Shown: positions 1 to 15,191 of the stretch, piece after piece
Layout: every line of letters begins with the position of its first letter
How positions within the stretch are numbered: position 1 is the stretch's first letter
Assembly (NCBI GenBank): GCA_964016885.1
Contig: OZ024745.1
Coordinates: 21,142,001-21,206,000 of the forward strand
Origin: Eledone cirrhosa
Lineage: Eukaryota
Reading direction: 5' to 3'
DNA length: 64,000 nt
Position numbers and translations under genes: made by a program
Notes under the pieces: model-generated
What the model was told of the DNA's origin: nothing
Database searches by the model: none
The model's input: the letters and a program-made list of their open reading frames with translations, nothing else

Positions 1-137
1 CACATACACACACACACATACACACACACATACACTCATACACACATACACACACACACACAGACTTATATATGGTTACACACACATACACACCCACATA
101 CATACACACATACTTATATATGGTTACACACACACAC

Positions 138-216
<79 letters not shown>

Positions 217-245
217 ATATATATATATATATATACATATATATA

Positions 246-288
<43 letters not shown>

Positions 289-346
289 GACACACATGTA
301 TATATTATATATAAATATATATGACATATATATATATATCAATATG

Positions 347-377
<31 letters not shown>

Positions 378-384
378 ATATAAT

Positions 385-415
<31 letters not shown>

Positions 416-424
416 TGAGTTAGT

Positions 425-514
<90 letters not shown>
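1..514. repeat. Compound (CA)n/(TA)n/(GA)n microsatellite
   Basis: Dinucleotide tracts directly visible. The YIYI-type ORFs are translation artefacts. Confidence 0.95.
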
Positions 515-519
<5 letters not shown>

Positions 520-697
520 GGTGTGTAACTTTTTACGCTAGTATTCGTTCACCAGTTTGATCATGATCAATCGATGCGTAAGGGGGTTCGGTTTACTATT
601 GATTCCAGAATCTGGCACGATCGATACTGATATTACCTTGAGTTAAACGCACGTCACACCTGAATAAACATAATTTTGACATCACGATCCTACTCCT

Positions 698-794
<97 letters not shown>

Positions 795-842
795 ATATAT
801 TTATATATTTATATATATATATATATATATATTTATATACAT

Positions 843-888
<46 letters not shown>

Positions 889-909
889 TTATATATATAT
901 ATATATATA

Positions 910-959
<50 letters not shown>

Positions 960-990
960 CATACACATATATATATATATATATATATAT

Positions 991-1095
991 ATTGGAATAA
1001 ATGCTCTGAAATAGCGATATATATGTGAGGATTAATGGCTCATATACACAGATACTGACGACGGTTAGAACATATCCTGGAAAAAACACGTAACG

Positions 1096-1133
<38 letters not shown>

Positions 1134-1202
1134 CGTTACGTGTTTTTTCCAGGATATGTTCTAACCGTCGTCAGTATCTGTGTATATGAGCCATTAATCC
1201 TC
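991..1202. mobile_element. (TA)n-associated fold-back cassette: 38-bp tail followed by a 176-bp perfect palindrome with hammerhead-like core
   Basis: Arms 1027-1098 and 1131-1202 are exact reverse complements around (TA)16. Each arm carries CTGACGA..GTTA/TAAC..GAAA-TATATA. 991-1028 matches the reverse complement of 62910-62947 at 37/38. Confidence 0.6.
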
Positions 1203-1529
1203 TTTGCGAATGTTTGTTAGTGTCCTTAGAGGGGAATGGGCTCAAATCTTGCTTTGCATAGCCTCATTTTCGTGATTTTTGTGATTGGAAACGCCCACAC
1301 CTACCGTACGGTGTTAAGAGGACCTCATGCCTTGCCTATTCTGGTGTTCACTAAACTGCTAAAATACAAGAAGTCCCCCCCCCCCCCGCCCTCTGTCTTA
1401 GAACTTTCCAACGCATTCATTACTTCATCAGACGTTGCAGAAATACTGACGACGAAATCAAATATAAAAAGTTGAAATTTAGTAGAATGGAAAGCAGATT
1501 TGTCGTATGTAAATTTGATTCTATGACGG

Positions 1530-3670
<2,141 letters not shown>

Positions 3671-3769
3671 AAACAAAATAAAAAACACTACCTCGTGCCA
3701 AACCAGAATGTACAACAAAAAATATATCATGTCTTCGTTAAAAACTACCAACAAAAATATCACGTTCAT

Positions 3770-3892
3770 TACCATCATCATCATCATAATCTGTATCATT
3801 CTCATGTTTGCCATCATCAACATCATCATCATCATCATCATCTATGGCATTGCCGAAATTGCCATCATTTGTGTCAGTGTCGAAATTGCCAT

Positions 3893-3950
<58 letters not shown>

Positions 3951-4120
3951 GTCGTCGAGGTCGTCGTCGTCGTCATCATCATCATCATCAGCAGCTGCAT
4001 CCTCATGAGCATCGTCATCATCATCGTCAATATCACCATCTGCGTCATTGCTATGATTACAATCATCATCATCACCATCATCATCTCTGCTCTTGGCATG
4101 ATTGCCACCATCATGTTCAT
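3770..4120. repeat. Degenerate (CAT)n trinucleotide repeat
   Basis: Directly visible; source of the poly-H/I/D/M ORFs. Confidence 0.9.
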
Positions 4121-7100
4121 CAACATCACCCTCACCCATCATAGTCTTACTCCTCATCAACATCACCCTCACCCATCATAGTCTTACTCGTCATCAACAT
4201 CACCCTCACCCAACATAGTCTTACTCCTCATCAACATCACCCTCACCCATCATAGTCTTACTCCTCATCAACATCACACTCACCCATCATAGTCTTACAC
4301 CTCATCAACATCACCCTCACCCATCATAGTCTTACACCTCATCAACATCACCCTCACCCATCGTAGTCTTACTCCCCATCACCATCACCCAAATCATCGT
4401 AGTCTTACTCCCCATCACCCTCAACCAAATCAACGTAGTCTTACTCATCATCATCATCATCATCATCATAATCACCCAAATCATCGTAGTCTTACTCCCC
4501 ATCACCATCCACCAAACCATCGTAGTCTTACTCCCCATCATCATCACCCAAACAATCGTAGTCTTACTCCCCATCATCCTCACCCAAACCATCGTAGCCT
4601 TACTCCCCATCACACTCACCCAAATCACGTAGTCTTACCCCCATCACACTCACCCAAATCACGTAGTCTTACTCCCCATCACCCTCACCCAAATCACGTA
4701 GTCTTACCCCCATCACACTCACCCAAATCACGTAGTCTTACTCCCCATCACCCTCACCCAAATCACGTAGTCTTACCCCCATCACACTCACCCAAATCAC
4801 GTAATCTTACTCCCCATCACCCTCACCCAAATCATCGTAGTCTTACCCCCCCATCGCATTCACCCAAACCATCGTAGCCTTACTCCCCATCACACTCACC
4901 CAAATCACGTCGTCTTACCCCCATCACACTCACCCAAATCACGTAGTCTTACTCCCAATCACCCTCACCCAAATCACGTAGTCCTACCCCCATCACACTC
5001 ACCCAAATCACGTAGTCTTACTCCCCATCACCCTCACCCAAATCACGTAGTCTTACCCCCATCACACTCACCCAAATCACGTAGTCTTACTTCCCATCAC
5101 CCTCACCCAAATCATCGTAGTCTTACCCCCCATCGCATTCACCCAAACCATCGTAGCCTTACTCCCCATCACCCTCACCCATCGTAGTCTTACTCCCCAT
5201 CACCCTCACCCAAATCATCGTAGTCTTACTCCCCAACACCCTCACCCAAACCATCGTAGTCTTACTCCCCATCACCCTCACCCAAACCATCGTAGCCTTA
5301 CTCCCCATCATCATCACCCAAACCATCGTAGCCTTACTCCCCATCATCATCACCCAAACCATCGTAGTCTTACTCCCCATCATCATCACCCAAACCATCG
5401 TAGTCTTACTCCCCATCATCATCACCCAAACCATCGTAGTCTTACTCCCCAACACCCTCACCCAAACCATCGTAGTCTTACTCCCCATCACCCTCACCCA
5501 AACCATCGTAGTCTTACTCCCCATCACCCTCACCCATCGTAGCCTTACTCCCCATCACCCTCACCCAAACCATCGTAGTCTTACTCCCCATCACACTCAC
5601 CCAAATCACGTAGTCTTACTCCCCATCACCCTCACCCAAATCACGTAGTCTTACCCCCATCACACTCACCCAAATCACGTAGTCTTACTTCCCATCACCC
5701 TCACCCAAATCATCGTAGTCTTACCCCCCATCGCATTCACCCAAACCATCGTAGCCTTACTCCCCATCACCCTCACCCATCGTAGTCTTACTCCCCATCA
5801 CCCTCACCCAAATCATCGTAGTCTTACTCCCCAACACCCTCACCCAAACCATCGTAGTCTTACTCCCCATCACCCTCACCCAAACCATCGTAGCCTTACT
5901 CCCCATCATCATCACCCAAACCATCGTAGCCTTACTCCCCATCATCATCACCCAAACCATCGTAGTCTTACTCCCCATCATCATCACCCAAACCATCGTA
6001 GTCTTACTCCCCATCATCATCACCCAAACCATCGTAGTCTTACTCCCCAACACCCTCACCCAAACCATCGTAGTCTTACTCCCCATCACCCTCACCCAAA
6101 CCATCGTAGTCTTACTCCCCATCACCCTCACCCATCGTAGCCTTACTCCCCATCACCCTCACCCAAACCATCGTAGTCTTACTCCCCATCACCCTCACCC
6201 AAATCATCGTAGTCTTCCTCCCCATCACCCTCACCCAATCATCGTAGTCTTACTCCCCATCACCCTCACCCATCGTAGTCTTACTCCCCATCACCATCAC
6301 CCAATCCATCGTAGTGTTACTCCCCATCACCCTCACCCAAACCATCGTAGTGTTACTCTCCATCACCCTCACCCATCGTAGCCTTACTCCCCATCACCCT
6401 CACCCAAACCATCGTAGTCTTACTCCCCATCACCATCACCCAATCCATCGTAGTGTTACTCCCCATCACCCTCACCCAAACCATCGTAGCCTTACTCCCC
6501 ATCACCCTCACCCAAACCATCGTAGTCTTACTCCCCATCACCATCACCCAATCCATCGTAGTGTTACTCCCCATCACCCTCACCCAAACCATCGTAGTCT
6601 TACTCCCCATCACCCTCACCCATCGTAGTCTTACTCCCCATCACCCTCACCCAAACCATCGTAGTCTTACTCCCCATCACCCTCACCCAATCCATCGTAG
6701 TCTTACTCCCCATCACCCTCACCCAAACCATCGTAGTCTTACTCCCCATCACCCTCACCCATCGTAGTCTTACTCCCCATCACCATCACCCAAACCATCG
6801 TAGTCTTACTCCCCATCACCCTCACCCAAACCATCGTAGTCTTACTCCCCATCACCCTCACCCATCGTAGTCTTACTCCCCATCACCCTCACCCAAACCA
6901 TCGTAGTCTTACTCCCCATCACCCTCACCCAAACCATCGTAGTCTTACTCCCCATCACCCTCACCCAAACCATCGTAGTCTTACTCCCCATCACCCTCAC
7001 CCATCGTAGTCTTACTCCCCATCACCCTCACCCATACCATCGTAGTCTTACTCCCCATCACCCTCACCCATCGTAGTCTTACTCCCCATCACCCTCACCC

Positions 7101-9075
7101 AAACCATCGTAGTCTTACTCCCCATCACCCTCACCCAAACAATCGTAGCCTTACACCCCATCACCCTCACCCAATCCATCGTAGTGTTACTCCCCATCAC
7201 CCTCACCCAAACCATCGTAGTCTTACTCCCCATCACCATCACCCAATCCATCGTAGTGTTACTCCCCATCACCCTCACCCAAACCATCGTAGTCTTACTC
7301 CCCATCACCCTCACCCAAACCATCGTAGTGTTACTCCCCATCACCCTCACCCAAACCATCGTAGTCTTACTCCCCATCACCCTCACCCATCGTAGTCTTA
7401 CTCCCCATCACCATCACCCAAACCATCGTAGCCTTACTCCCCATCACCCTCACCCATCGTAGTCTTACTCCCCATCACCCTTACCCAAACCATCGTAGTC
7501 TTACTCCCCATCACCCTCACCCAAACCATCGTAGTCTTACTCCCCATCACCCTCACCCATCGTAGTCTTACTCCCCATCACCCTCACCCAAACCATCGTA
7601 GCCTTACTCCCCATCACCCTCACCCAAACCATCGTAGTCTTACTCCCCATCACCCTCACCCATCGTAGTCTTACTCCCCATCACCCTCACCCAAACCATC
7701 GTAGTCTTACTCCCCATCACCCTCACCCAAACCATCGTAGTCTTACTCCCCATCACCCTCACCCATCGTAGCCTTACTCCCCATCACCATCACCCAATCC
7801 ATCGTAGTGTTACTCCCCATCACCCTCACCCAAACCATCGTAGTCTTACTCCCCATCACCCTCACCCATCGTAGCCTTACTCCCCATCACCATCACACAA
7901 TCCATCGTAGTATTACTCCCCATCACCCTCACCGAAACCATCGTAGTCTTACTCCCCATCAACCTCACCCAAACCATCGTAGCCTTACTCCCCATCACCC
8001 TCACCCAAACCATCGTTGTCTTACTCCCCATCACCCTCACCCAAACCATCGTAGTCTTACTCCCCATCACCCTCACCCAAACCATCGTTGTCTTACTCCC
8101 CATCACCCTCACCCAAACCATCGTAGCCTTACTCCCCATCACCCTCACCCAAACCATCGTAGTATTACTCCCCATCACCCTCACCCAAACCATCGTAGTC
8201 TTACTCCCCATCACCCTCACCCATCGTAGCCTTACTCCCCATCACCATCACCCAATCCATCGTAGTGTTACTCCCCATCACCCTCACCCAAACCATCGTA
8301 GTCTTACTCCCCATCACCCTCACCCATCGTAGCCTTACTCCCCATCACCATCACCCAATCCATCGTAGCCTTACTCCCCATCACCCTCACCCAAACCATC
8401 GTAGTGTTACTCCCCATCACCATCACCGAAACCATCGTAGTCTTACTCCCCATCACCCTCACCGAAACCATCGTAGTCTTACTCCCCATCACCCTCACCC
8501 AAACCATCGTTGTCTTACTCCCCATCACCCTCACCCAAACCATCGTAGCCTTACTCCCCATCACCCTCACCCAAACCATCGTTGTCTTACTCCCCATCAC
8601 CCTCACCCAAACCATCGTAGTCTTACTCCCCATCACCCTCACCCAAACCATCGTTGTCTTACTCCCCATCACCCTCACCGAAACCATCGTAGTCTTACTC
8701 CCCATCACCCTCACCCAAACCATCGTTGTCTTACTCCCCATCACCCTCACCCAAACCATCGTAGCCTTACTCCCCATCACCCTCACCCAAACCATCGTAG
8801 TGTTACTCCCCATCACCATCACCGAAACCATCGTAGTCTTACTCCCCATCACCCTCACCGAAACCATCGTAGTCTTACTCCCCATCACCCTCACCCAAAC
8901 CATCGTTGTCTTACTCCCCATCACCCTCACCCAAACCATCGTAGCCTTACTCCCCATCACCCTCACCCAAACTATCGTTGTCTTACTCCCCATCACCCTC
9001 ACCCAAACCATCGTAGTCTTACTCCCCATCACCCTCACCCAAACCATCGTAGTCTTACTCATCATCATCATCATC
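4120..9075. repeat. ~5 kb minisatellite, 30-bp unit CATCGTAGTCTTACTCCCCATCACCCTCACCCAAAC-like, with shorter variants and higher-order duplications
   Basis: Tandem units visible. ORF-track peptides repeat every 10 aa (MVWVRVMGSKTT-like). ORFs 5159..5533 and 5757..6131 are identical at a 598-bp offset. Confidence 0.95.
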
Positions 9076-9142
9076 TTGAAGAATATGAATTAGAAAAGGA
9101 ACTATAATACCAGTAGGAACAACCACGAGGAAAACACTTCCG

Positions 9143-9350
9143 ATTTCTAGTATAGGCCCCAGCCGGGCAATTCGGAGGGAGGGCAGTCGATGATATCGAT
9201 TCGTGTACTTTATTGGTATTTTGTTTAATTGACCTGGAAAGGATGAAAAGTCAAATCGACTGAAGCAGTATTTGAAATCAGATTATAAAGAGCTGCAAGA
9301 AATACCACTAAGGAATCGTGCGATGCTCTAACGACTCACCCAATCCATCG
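9143..9350 (-). mobile_element. Degenerate copy of the dominant tRNA-derived SINE
   Basis: Diverged match to the in-window SINE consensus (AAGGATGAAAAGTCAAATCGAC, TTTGAAATCAGA). Confidence 0.55.
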
Positions 9351-9419
9351 ATCTCATCAATGAAATCAATAACCAAGTCAAATACCATTTATAAGCAACT
9401 TTCTTCTCTCTTCTATTAT

Positions 9420-9549
9420 ATATTCATCGGATATATACATGTATATATATCTCTTATATACATCTCTTATATATACATTGGATATATACATCTATATATA
9501 TATATATATCTTATATATATATCTCACATATATACATCAGATATATACA

Positions 9550-9586
<37 letters not shown>

Positions 9587-9787
9587 TATATACATCTATT
9601 ATATATAGATCGGATATATACATCTATATATATCTCTTATACACATCCCTTATATATACATCGGATATATACATGTATATATATATATATCTTATATACA
9701 TCTCTTATATATACATTGGATATATACATCTATATATATATATATATCTTATATATATATCTCACATATATACATCAGATATATACA

Positions 9788-9826
<39 letters not shown>

Positions 9827-10170
9827 TATATACATCTATTATATATAGATCGGATATATACATCTATATATATCTCTTATACACATCCCTTATATATACA
9901 TCGGATATATACATGTATATATATATATATCTTATACACATCTCTTATATATACATCGGATATATACATGTATATATATATCTTATATACATCTCTTATA
10001 TATACCACGGATATATACATCTATATATATCTCTTATACACATCCCTTATATATACATCGGATATATACATGTATATATATATATATATCTTATACACAT
10101 ATCTTATATATACATCGGATATATACATGAATATATATATATCTTATATACATCTCTTATATATACACCG
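9420..10170. repeat. AT-rich minisatellite (TCTTATATACATC / CATCGGATATATACAT modules) with ~240-bp higher-order duplication
   Basis: Lines at 9541-9700 recur at 9781-9940. Confidence 0.9.
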
Positions 10171-10228
10171 GATAATGAAAATGTTTACGAGTTATTGAAT
10201 AATCTGATAGTAATACTCTAATGCGAGA

Positions 10229-10390
10229 GAGAGTGAATTGGCAGAGTCGTTAGAAGGTCGGATAGGATGTTTTGTGGTATTCTTTTCGGTTCTCTGAGTT
10301 CAAATCCCGCCAGGCTCAACTTTGCGTTTTCATCCATTTCAAGTTCGGTAAAAAAAATGACCAGTCCAGTACTAAGATTCTGACGGCAGT
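10229..10390 (+). mobile_element. tRNA-derived SINE, older variant
   Basis: A-box-like TGGCAGAGTCGTTAG, B-box-like GAGTTCAAATCCC, then CTTTGCGTTTTCATCC. Confidence 0.7.
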
Positions 10391-10527
10391 TATTTATTTT
10401 TATTTATTCATATATATTTCTATTCATTCATTTTTTTTTAGTATGTTATCATTTAATTTCCGTTCGTTTGTTCATCCATCCATTGGTTGTATTTTTATTT
10501 TTAGTCTATCTATATAATTCTTATTTC

Positions 10528-10830
10528 AGACGGTGAGTTGGCAAAGTCGTTAGAACGTCGGATAGAATGCTTTGCGGCATTTGTTCCGGTTCTATCATTT
10601 CTCAGTTCAAATCCCATTTTGTTTTTCATCCATTCGATGTTGATAAAAAAAAAAAATGTACTAATCTAATACTGGGATCGATTCTTCGATTCTCTCACTC
10701 TCTATCCTTCTCTGGAAGTAATCTGTTGTATTCAGGCCGGGTGAGGAGATGGGATCAGCCAGATTACAAAAAAGAAATGAGCTAGAAACGTAGTATCTGA
10801 ATATGGCGCCCCACTGACTCCTTTGGGAGT
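10528..10830 (+). mobile_element. tRNA-derived SINE variant with long 3' module (TCTCTGGAAGTAATCTGTTGTATTCAG..GAGGAGATGGG)
   Basis: Same head as the other SINEs; the 3' module recurs at ~28630-28760 (-), ~43010-43140 (+) and ~43690-43770 (-). Confidence 0.65.
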
Positions 10831-10955
10831 CCATACATATATACCATATACTTGTTACGGGTACATACATATATACCATACATATATACCATATACTTGT
10901 TACGGGTCCATACATATATACCATATACTTGTTACGGGTCCATACATATATACTT
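10830..10955. repeat. Short tandem repeat, ~32-bp unit CATACATATATACCATATACTTGTTACGGGTC
   Basis: 3-4 units visible. Confidence 0.85.
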
Positions 10956-11100
10956 GTCACTTTTATCCTATATAACTTCTCTGACAGCATAAACAGACAT
11001 AAATAGTTTGCACGTCATATGTATCTGCGCATGCGTGCGTGTATATATCTGTATATAGTAACAGACAGATAAAATGGAAATTATTCCTTTAGTACAGTAA

Positions 11101-11213
11101 ATATAATTGTTTCTACTTTTGGCACAAGGCCAGCAATTATCCCAGTGTATTACTGGTACTTTATTTTATCGATCCCGTAAGGATGAAAGGCAAAGTTAAC
11201 CTCGGCGGAATTT
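11101..11213 (-). mobile_element. 3' half of the dominant SINE, inverted
   Basis: Near-exact reverse complement of 11298-11410. Confidence 0.85.
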
Positions 11214-11227
11214 ATATAATATTATTG

Positions 11228-11410
11228 CAGAGGATTGGTAGAGGGTCGGACGCCATGCTTTGACGTATAGAGTTACGTCCCTTTACGATCTGAGTTCAAA
11301 TCCCGCCGAGGTTAAATTTACCTTTCATCCTTACGGGGTCGATAAAATAAAGTACCAGTAATACACTGGGGTAATTGTTGGCCTTGTGCAAAAAGTAGAA
11401 ACAATTATAT
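11228..11410 (+). mobile_element. Dominant tRNA-derived SINE (~190 bp; central CCTTTCATCCTTACGGGGTCGATAAAATAAAGTACCAG resembles the Meta-type SINE domain)
   Basis: B-box GAGTTCAAATCCC; many near-identical dispersed copies in this window. Confidence 0.85.
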
Positions 11411-11489
11411 AATTGCTAATGTTGACTACGGTTTCAGTATTTTGGGTTTCTTGCCGGAAAGGTAATCCATGTCTGAAATATCGATAATG

Positions 11490-11616
11490 TGGTTGCTGCT
11501 GCTACTGCTGCTGTTGTTGTTGTTGCTGCTGCTGCTGCTGTTGTTGCTGTTGCTGTTGCTGTTGTTGTTGCTGCTGCTGTTATTGCTGCTGCTGCTGTTG
11601 CTGTTGTTGTTGTTGT

Positions 11617-11648
<32 letters not shown>

Positions 11649-11700
11649 CTGTTGTTGTTGTTGTTGTTGTTGTTGTTGCTGTTGTTGTTGTTGTTGTTAA
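11490..11700. repeat. (GTT/GCT)n trinucleotide repeat
   Basis: Directly visible. Confidence 0.95.
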
Positions 11701-11869
11701 TATAGCAAAATAAGGACCATAAAGACGAGCTTACTTTGCATATTTCTTAACCACGCCCCCGTCTCTATTTCTTCTATTTCGTCCAGGAATATCTACGTCG
11801 GCATACTGATACGATGATAAATGCCTTAGTCATTCCTATAGTAAAACACCCACGTTACTAACATACTCA

Positions 11870-11996
11870 CTAACACACACACACATGCAAACACACACAC
11901 ATACATACATACACACATACATACACACATACATACACACATACATACACACATACATACACACATACACACATACACACACAACCATACACACTC

Positions 11997-12053
<57 letters not shown>

Positions 12054-12325
12054 TACACACATACACTCACACATACACACATGCATATACACACACATTC
12101 ATACACACATATGCACATACACATGCATACACACTCACACACACATACATACACACACACACATGCGCATACAAATACATACACATTCACACACACACAC
12201 ATACACACACACATATATACATACACACACATACACATACACAAACTCACACATACACATACACACGTACTCACACACATCCACCCTCACCCCGCACACA
12301 GTCACACACACACACATATATACCC
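11870..12325. repeat. (CA)n/(CATA)n/(TA)n compound microsatellite
   Basis: Directly visible. Confidence 0.95.
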
Positions 12326-12808
12326 ATAAAACTACGAACGTGTGCATCTCCACATATATGACTAAGGCAAACCAGCATGCATTCTGCGGAATGTTAGTAC
12401 TTAGCTGTTCTCGACGTTGCAATCGCATCACTATAAACGGATTGTTTTAGGCTCTAGACGGAAAGTTTACGCAAGGAACTCGGTAAAATTTAATCTGCTG
12501 CACACATGCATTCCACATAGGATTCCATGATAAACATGGACACATGCCTCCAATGTAGATTTTATTTTGAAAGTCGGATAATTGTCAGCGAAGTTATTGG
12601 CAAATTCAGCGTTTCTGTATTACGGTGTTATGGACGTGTTTATATCACAGGAGACACACATACCATTCACACACACACACAGAGACACTCTCTTACACTC
12701 ACACACTGTCACTTTCACACAAAAACACTCTCGCATATACACACTATCGCGCATACAATACACACACTATCACACACACATATACCCTGGCAATGCGTTC
12801 ACACACGT

Positions 12809-12867
<59 letters not shown>

Positions 12868-15126
12868 GACAATAGGTGCCTTATAAATATATTTTAACAC
12901 AGTATAGACTAGGCCAAAGGCCGTGAGGCCACTACTGATGATATAAGCTAAAGTTCTTAAGAAGTTTACGTAATCCTGAAACAAAAACTAGTCAGGGACA
13001 ACATTTACAAACAACCACGAAAAAAATCATCTCATCAGTATTAAAAGCAAAGACAGCACACATTCATTTTAAAATACACATCTCTCACTCACACGTGTGC
13101 TAATTTCACCAACCAACCTTAAATATAGAACGAAAAAGAGGACATAATCTTTAACATAATGAAACAATGTTATAAAAATCTGTAGATTTGTGTATCAACA
13201 TAGAAATAAGAATAAACCTTATGAATTATCAATGCATTGTGGGTTTGAAATTTGAAAATGTGTGAGTCCCAAACCTAGCCGATCGCTAAAATAAGTCGAT
13301 TGACAGATAATAGTTTTGTTTTTTTTAACTGGAGAGGGAAAAAAGTGGACAGAGGGGCTTTAGTTCACATTGTTCAGTTTCTAAGTATAACTTACTCAAT
13401 GTTTTTCAACTATTATCTATACTGATCGAGTGTTATTACAACTATTTTCTGCCGTAGGGACTCCCATATTTTCAGAAATAATATTTATATAATTAAAAAA
13501 AACATAGAATTTCTAAGAGTCTCGCTAGTTATAATAACGATTATGAAAATAAGCACAAGAAATAAACGATCGCATTAATAAAAAAAATATAACTGCCAGC
13601 GATATACCGCAGCTACGTTCTGCGGAGAAAAGAGAAAAAACAACCAAATAAAACTAAGTCCTATCACAATTATATCTAATCAAAATTAATCTTTCAAAGA
13701 TTGTGATTGTTATTGATTTCGAAGGGACAATTTTATTAGATTTTATTGTTTAGTCCATGTTCATTCATCCCTAACAGTCTGGCTTGTTTAGTTATGAGAG
13801 CAATAGCGGGTAGTAGTCAGCTTGGGGGATTTCGATCATTTCTAGAGGAGTAGATATAATTAAATTCTTATGAATTTTATTGGCCTACAAGATTTGTTGT
13901 CAACGCAATTCCCAAGATCTATGGAATCGAAAAATATAGACAAATCAATACAGCAATGAAACTTAACCAGACTGTGAAATGAAATATAACGAGATAGAAA
14001 CTTATCTTATGTTACTACGCGATGATATACCAAGATATAAATAAATATGTGAACCAAGAATGGGTCTAAGTTGAAGTCTTGGAGACTATAAACACCTTTA
14101 CGGTCAAATTAAGTTCTTCTGTTCTCGACCTTATGTCGGGGACAATGTCGAACGTGTCACATATTCCGTTAATTAAAGGATTTGGGGGAGGGGGGACATT
14201 GCTCCATCATTATATATTTCAACGCTAATAATTCTTGGAAGTCGCTGATCCTCGTAGAAATAATTTCCCTTTCCGCAAACATCACAGAATAAATTCACCG
14301 TGACAGACAAAAACTATATATGCATATATATATATATACATCTATATATACATATATATATATATATATATCCCAGTACGCGACCACAGATGACTAGCGT
14401 ACCATTTTAACAAGCTAAGAAATAGGTAGTTATAAAACTACCGAATAATTACTAAAGGAAACTAATGATACAATACAATTTACGTTAAAACTGAAGATAA
14501 TACCACAGATCATAACACTAAAGTTCGCATAATGACAAAACGTGACTAGTGAAATAAGATAAAGAGGACAGTATCATATATATTTCAACGAAATAATATT
14601 GATCTTCAATTTAAGCAAAAGGCTAGTATAAGTTGATTAAATCAACCCCAGTAGTTTATTTTATCGTCCCCGAAAGATTACAGGCAAAGATGAGTAGGAC
14701 GGGATTTAAAGTCAAAATGTAAAAAGCCAGAAAAATACAGCAGTTGTAATTTATCAGAAGGCTTTACCTATTTTACCAATCCATAATCACAATCAAATAA
14801 TATTACACCAACACTTAGCCTTACGGTGAATTTAGCAGAGTCTGTTCTGTCGTAAAGTTGACCTCGGTGGGATTTGAACGTAAAGTCCGTCGTATAGTAA
14901 TTATTCCGATCCTGTCTCAGCTGTGAAAATATTTTTTTTTATACAAGTCTCGCTGAACTTTCGTCTTCTAGCTCAGCTATAAAAATAAGGGGCAAAGACA
15001 TCTCCTTTCAATCAAATCAAATGGACGCAATGATACATAAAGTACCACATAGGATATTTGATAAAAATGTGAAATATAAAATTCATACAAATTTATATTG
15101 AAGCGAAATTATATCAGTCTAGAACA

Positions 15127-15191
15127 TACGAGGGTGGGCTGAAAAGTTCATAGGCCGACTATGAAGAAGTGATGCTAAAGCTGTGAAATTT
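15127..15191 (-). mobile_element. Single end of the mariner-type MITE family
   Basis: TA-CGAGGGTGGGCTGAAAAGTTCATAGGCCGACT is the reverse complement of the right ends of the copies ending at 16212, 29147 and 41738. Confidence 0.75.

Noticed and set aside
4120-9075. Regular array that could be mistaken for a CRISPR array or a repetitive protein gene
   Set aside because: Units are head-to-tail with no unique spacers, there are no cas genes, and non-triplet unit variants break the frames.
12868-13370. Segment after (TA)n containing CTGATGA and possible Helitron-like ends
   Set aside because: No GAAA at the right position after a stem, and no verifiable Helitron terminus.
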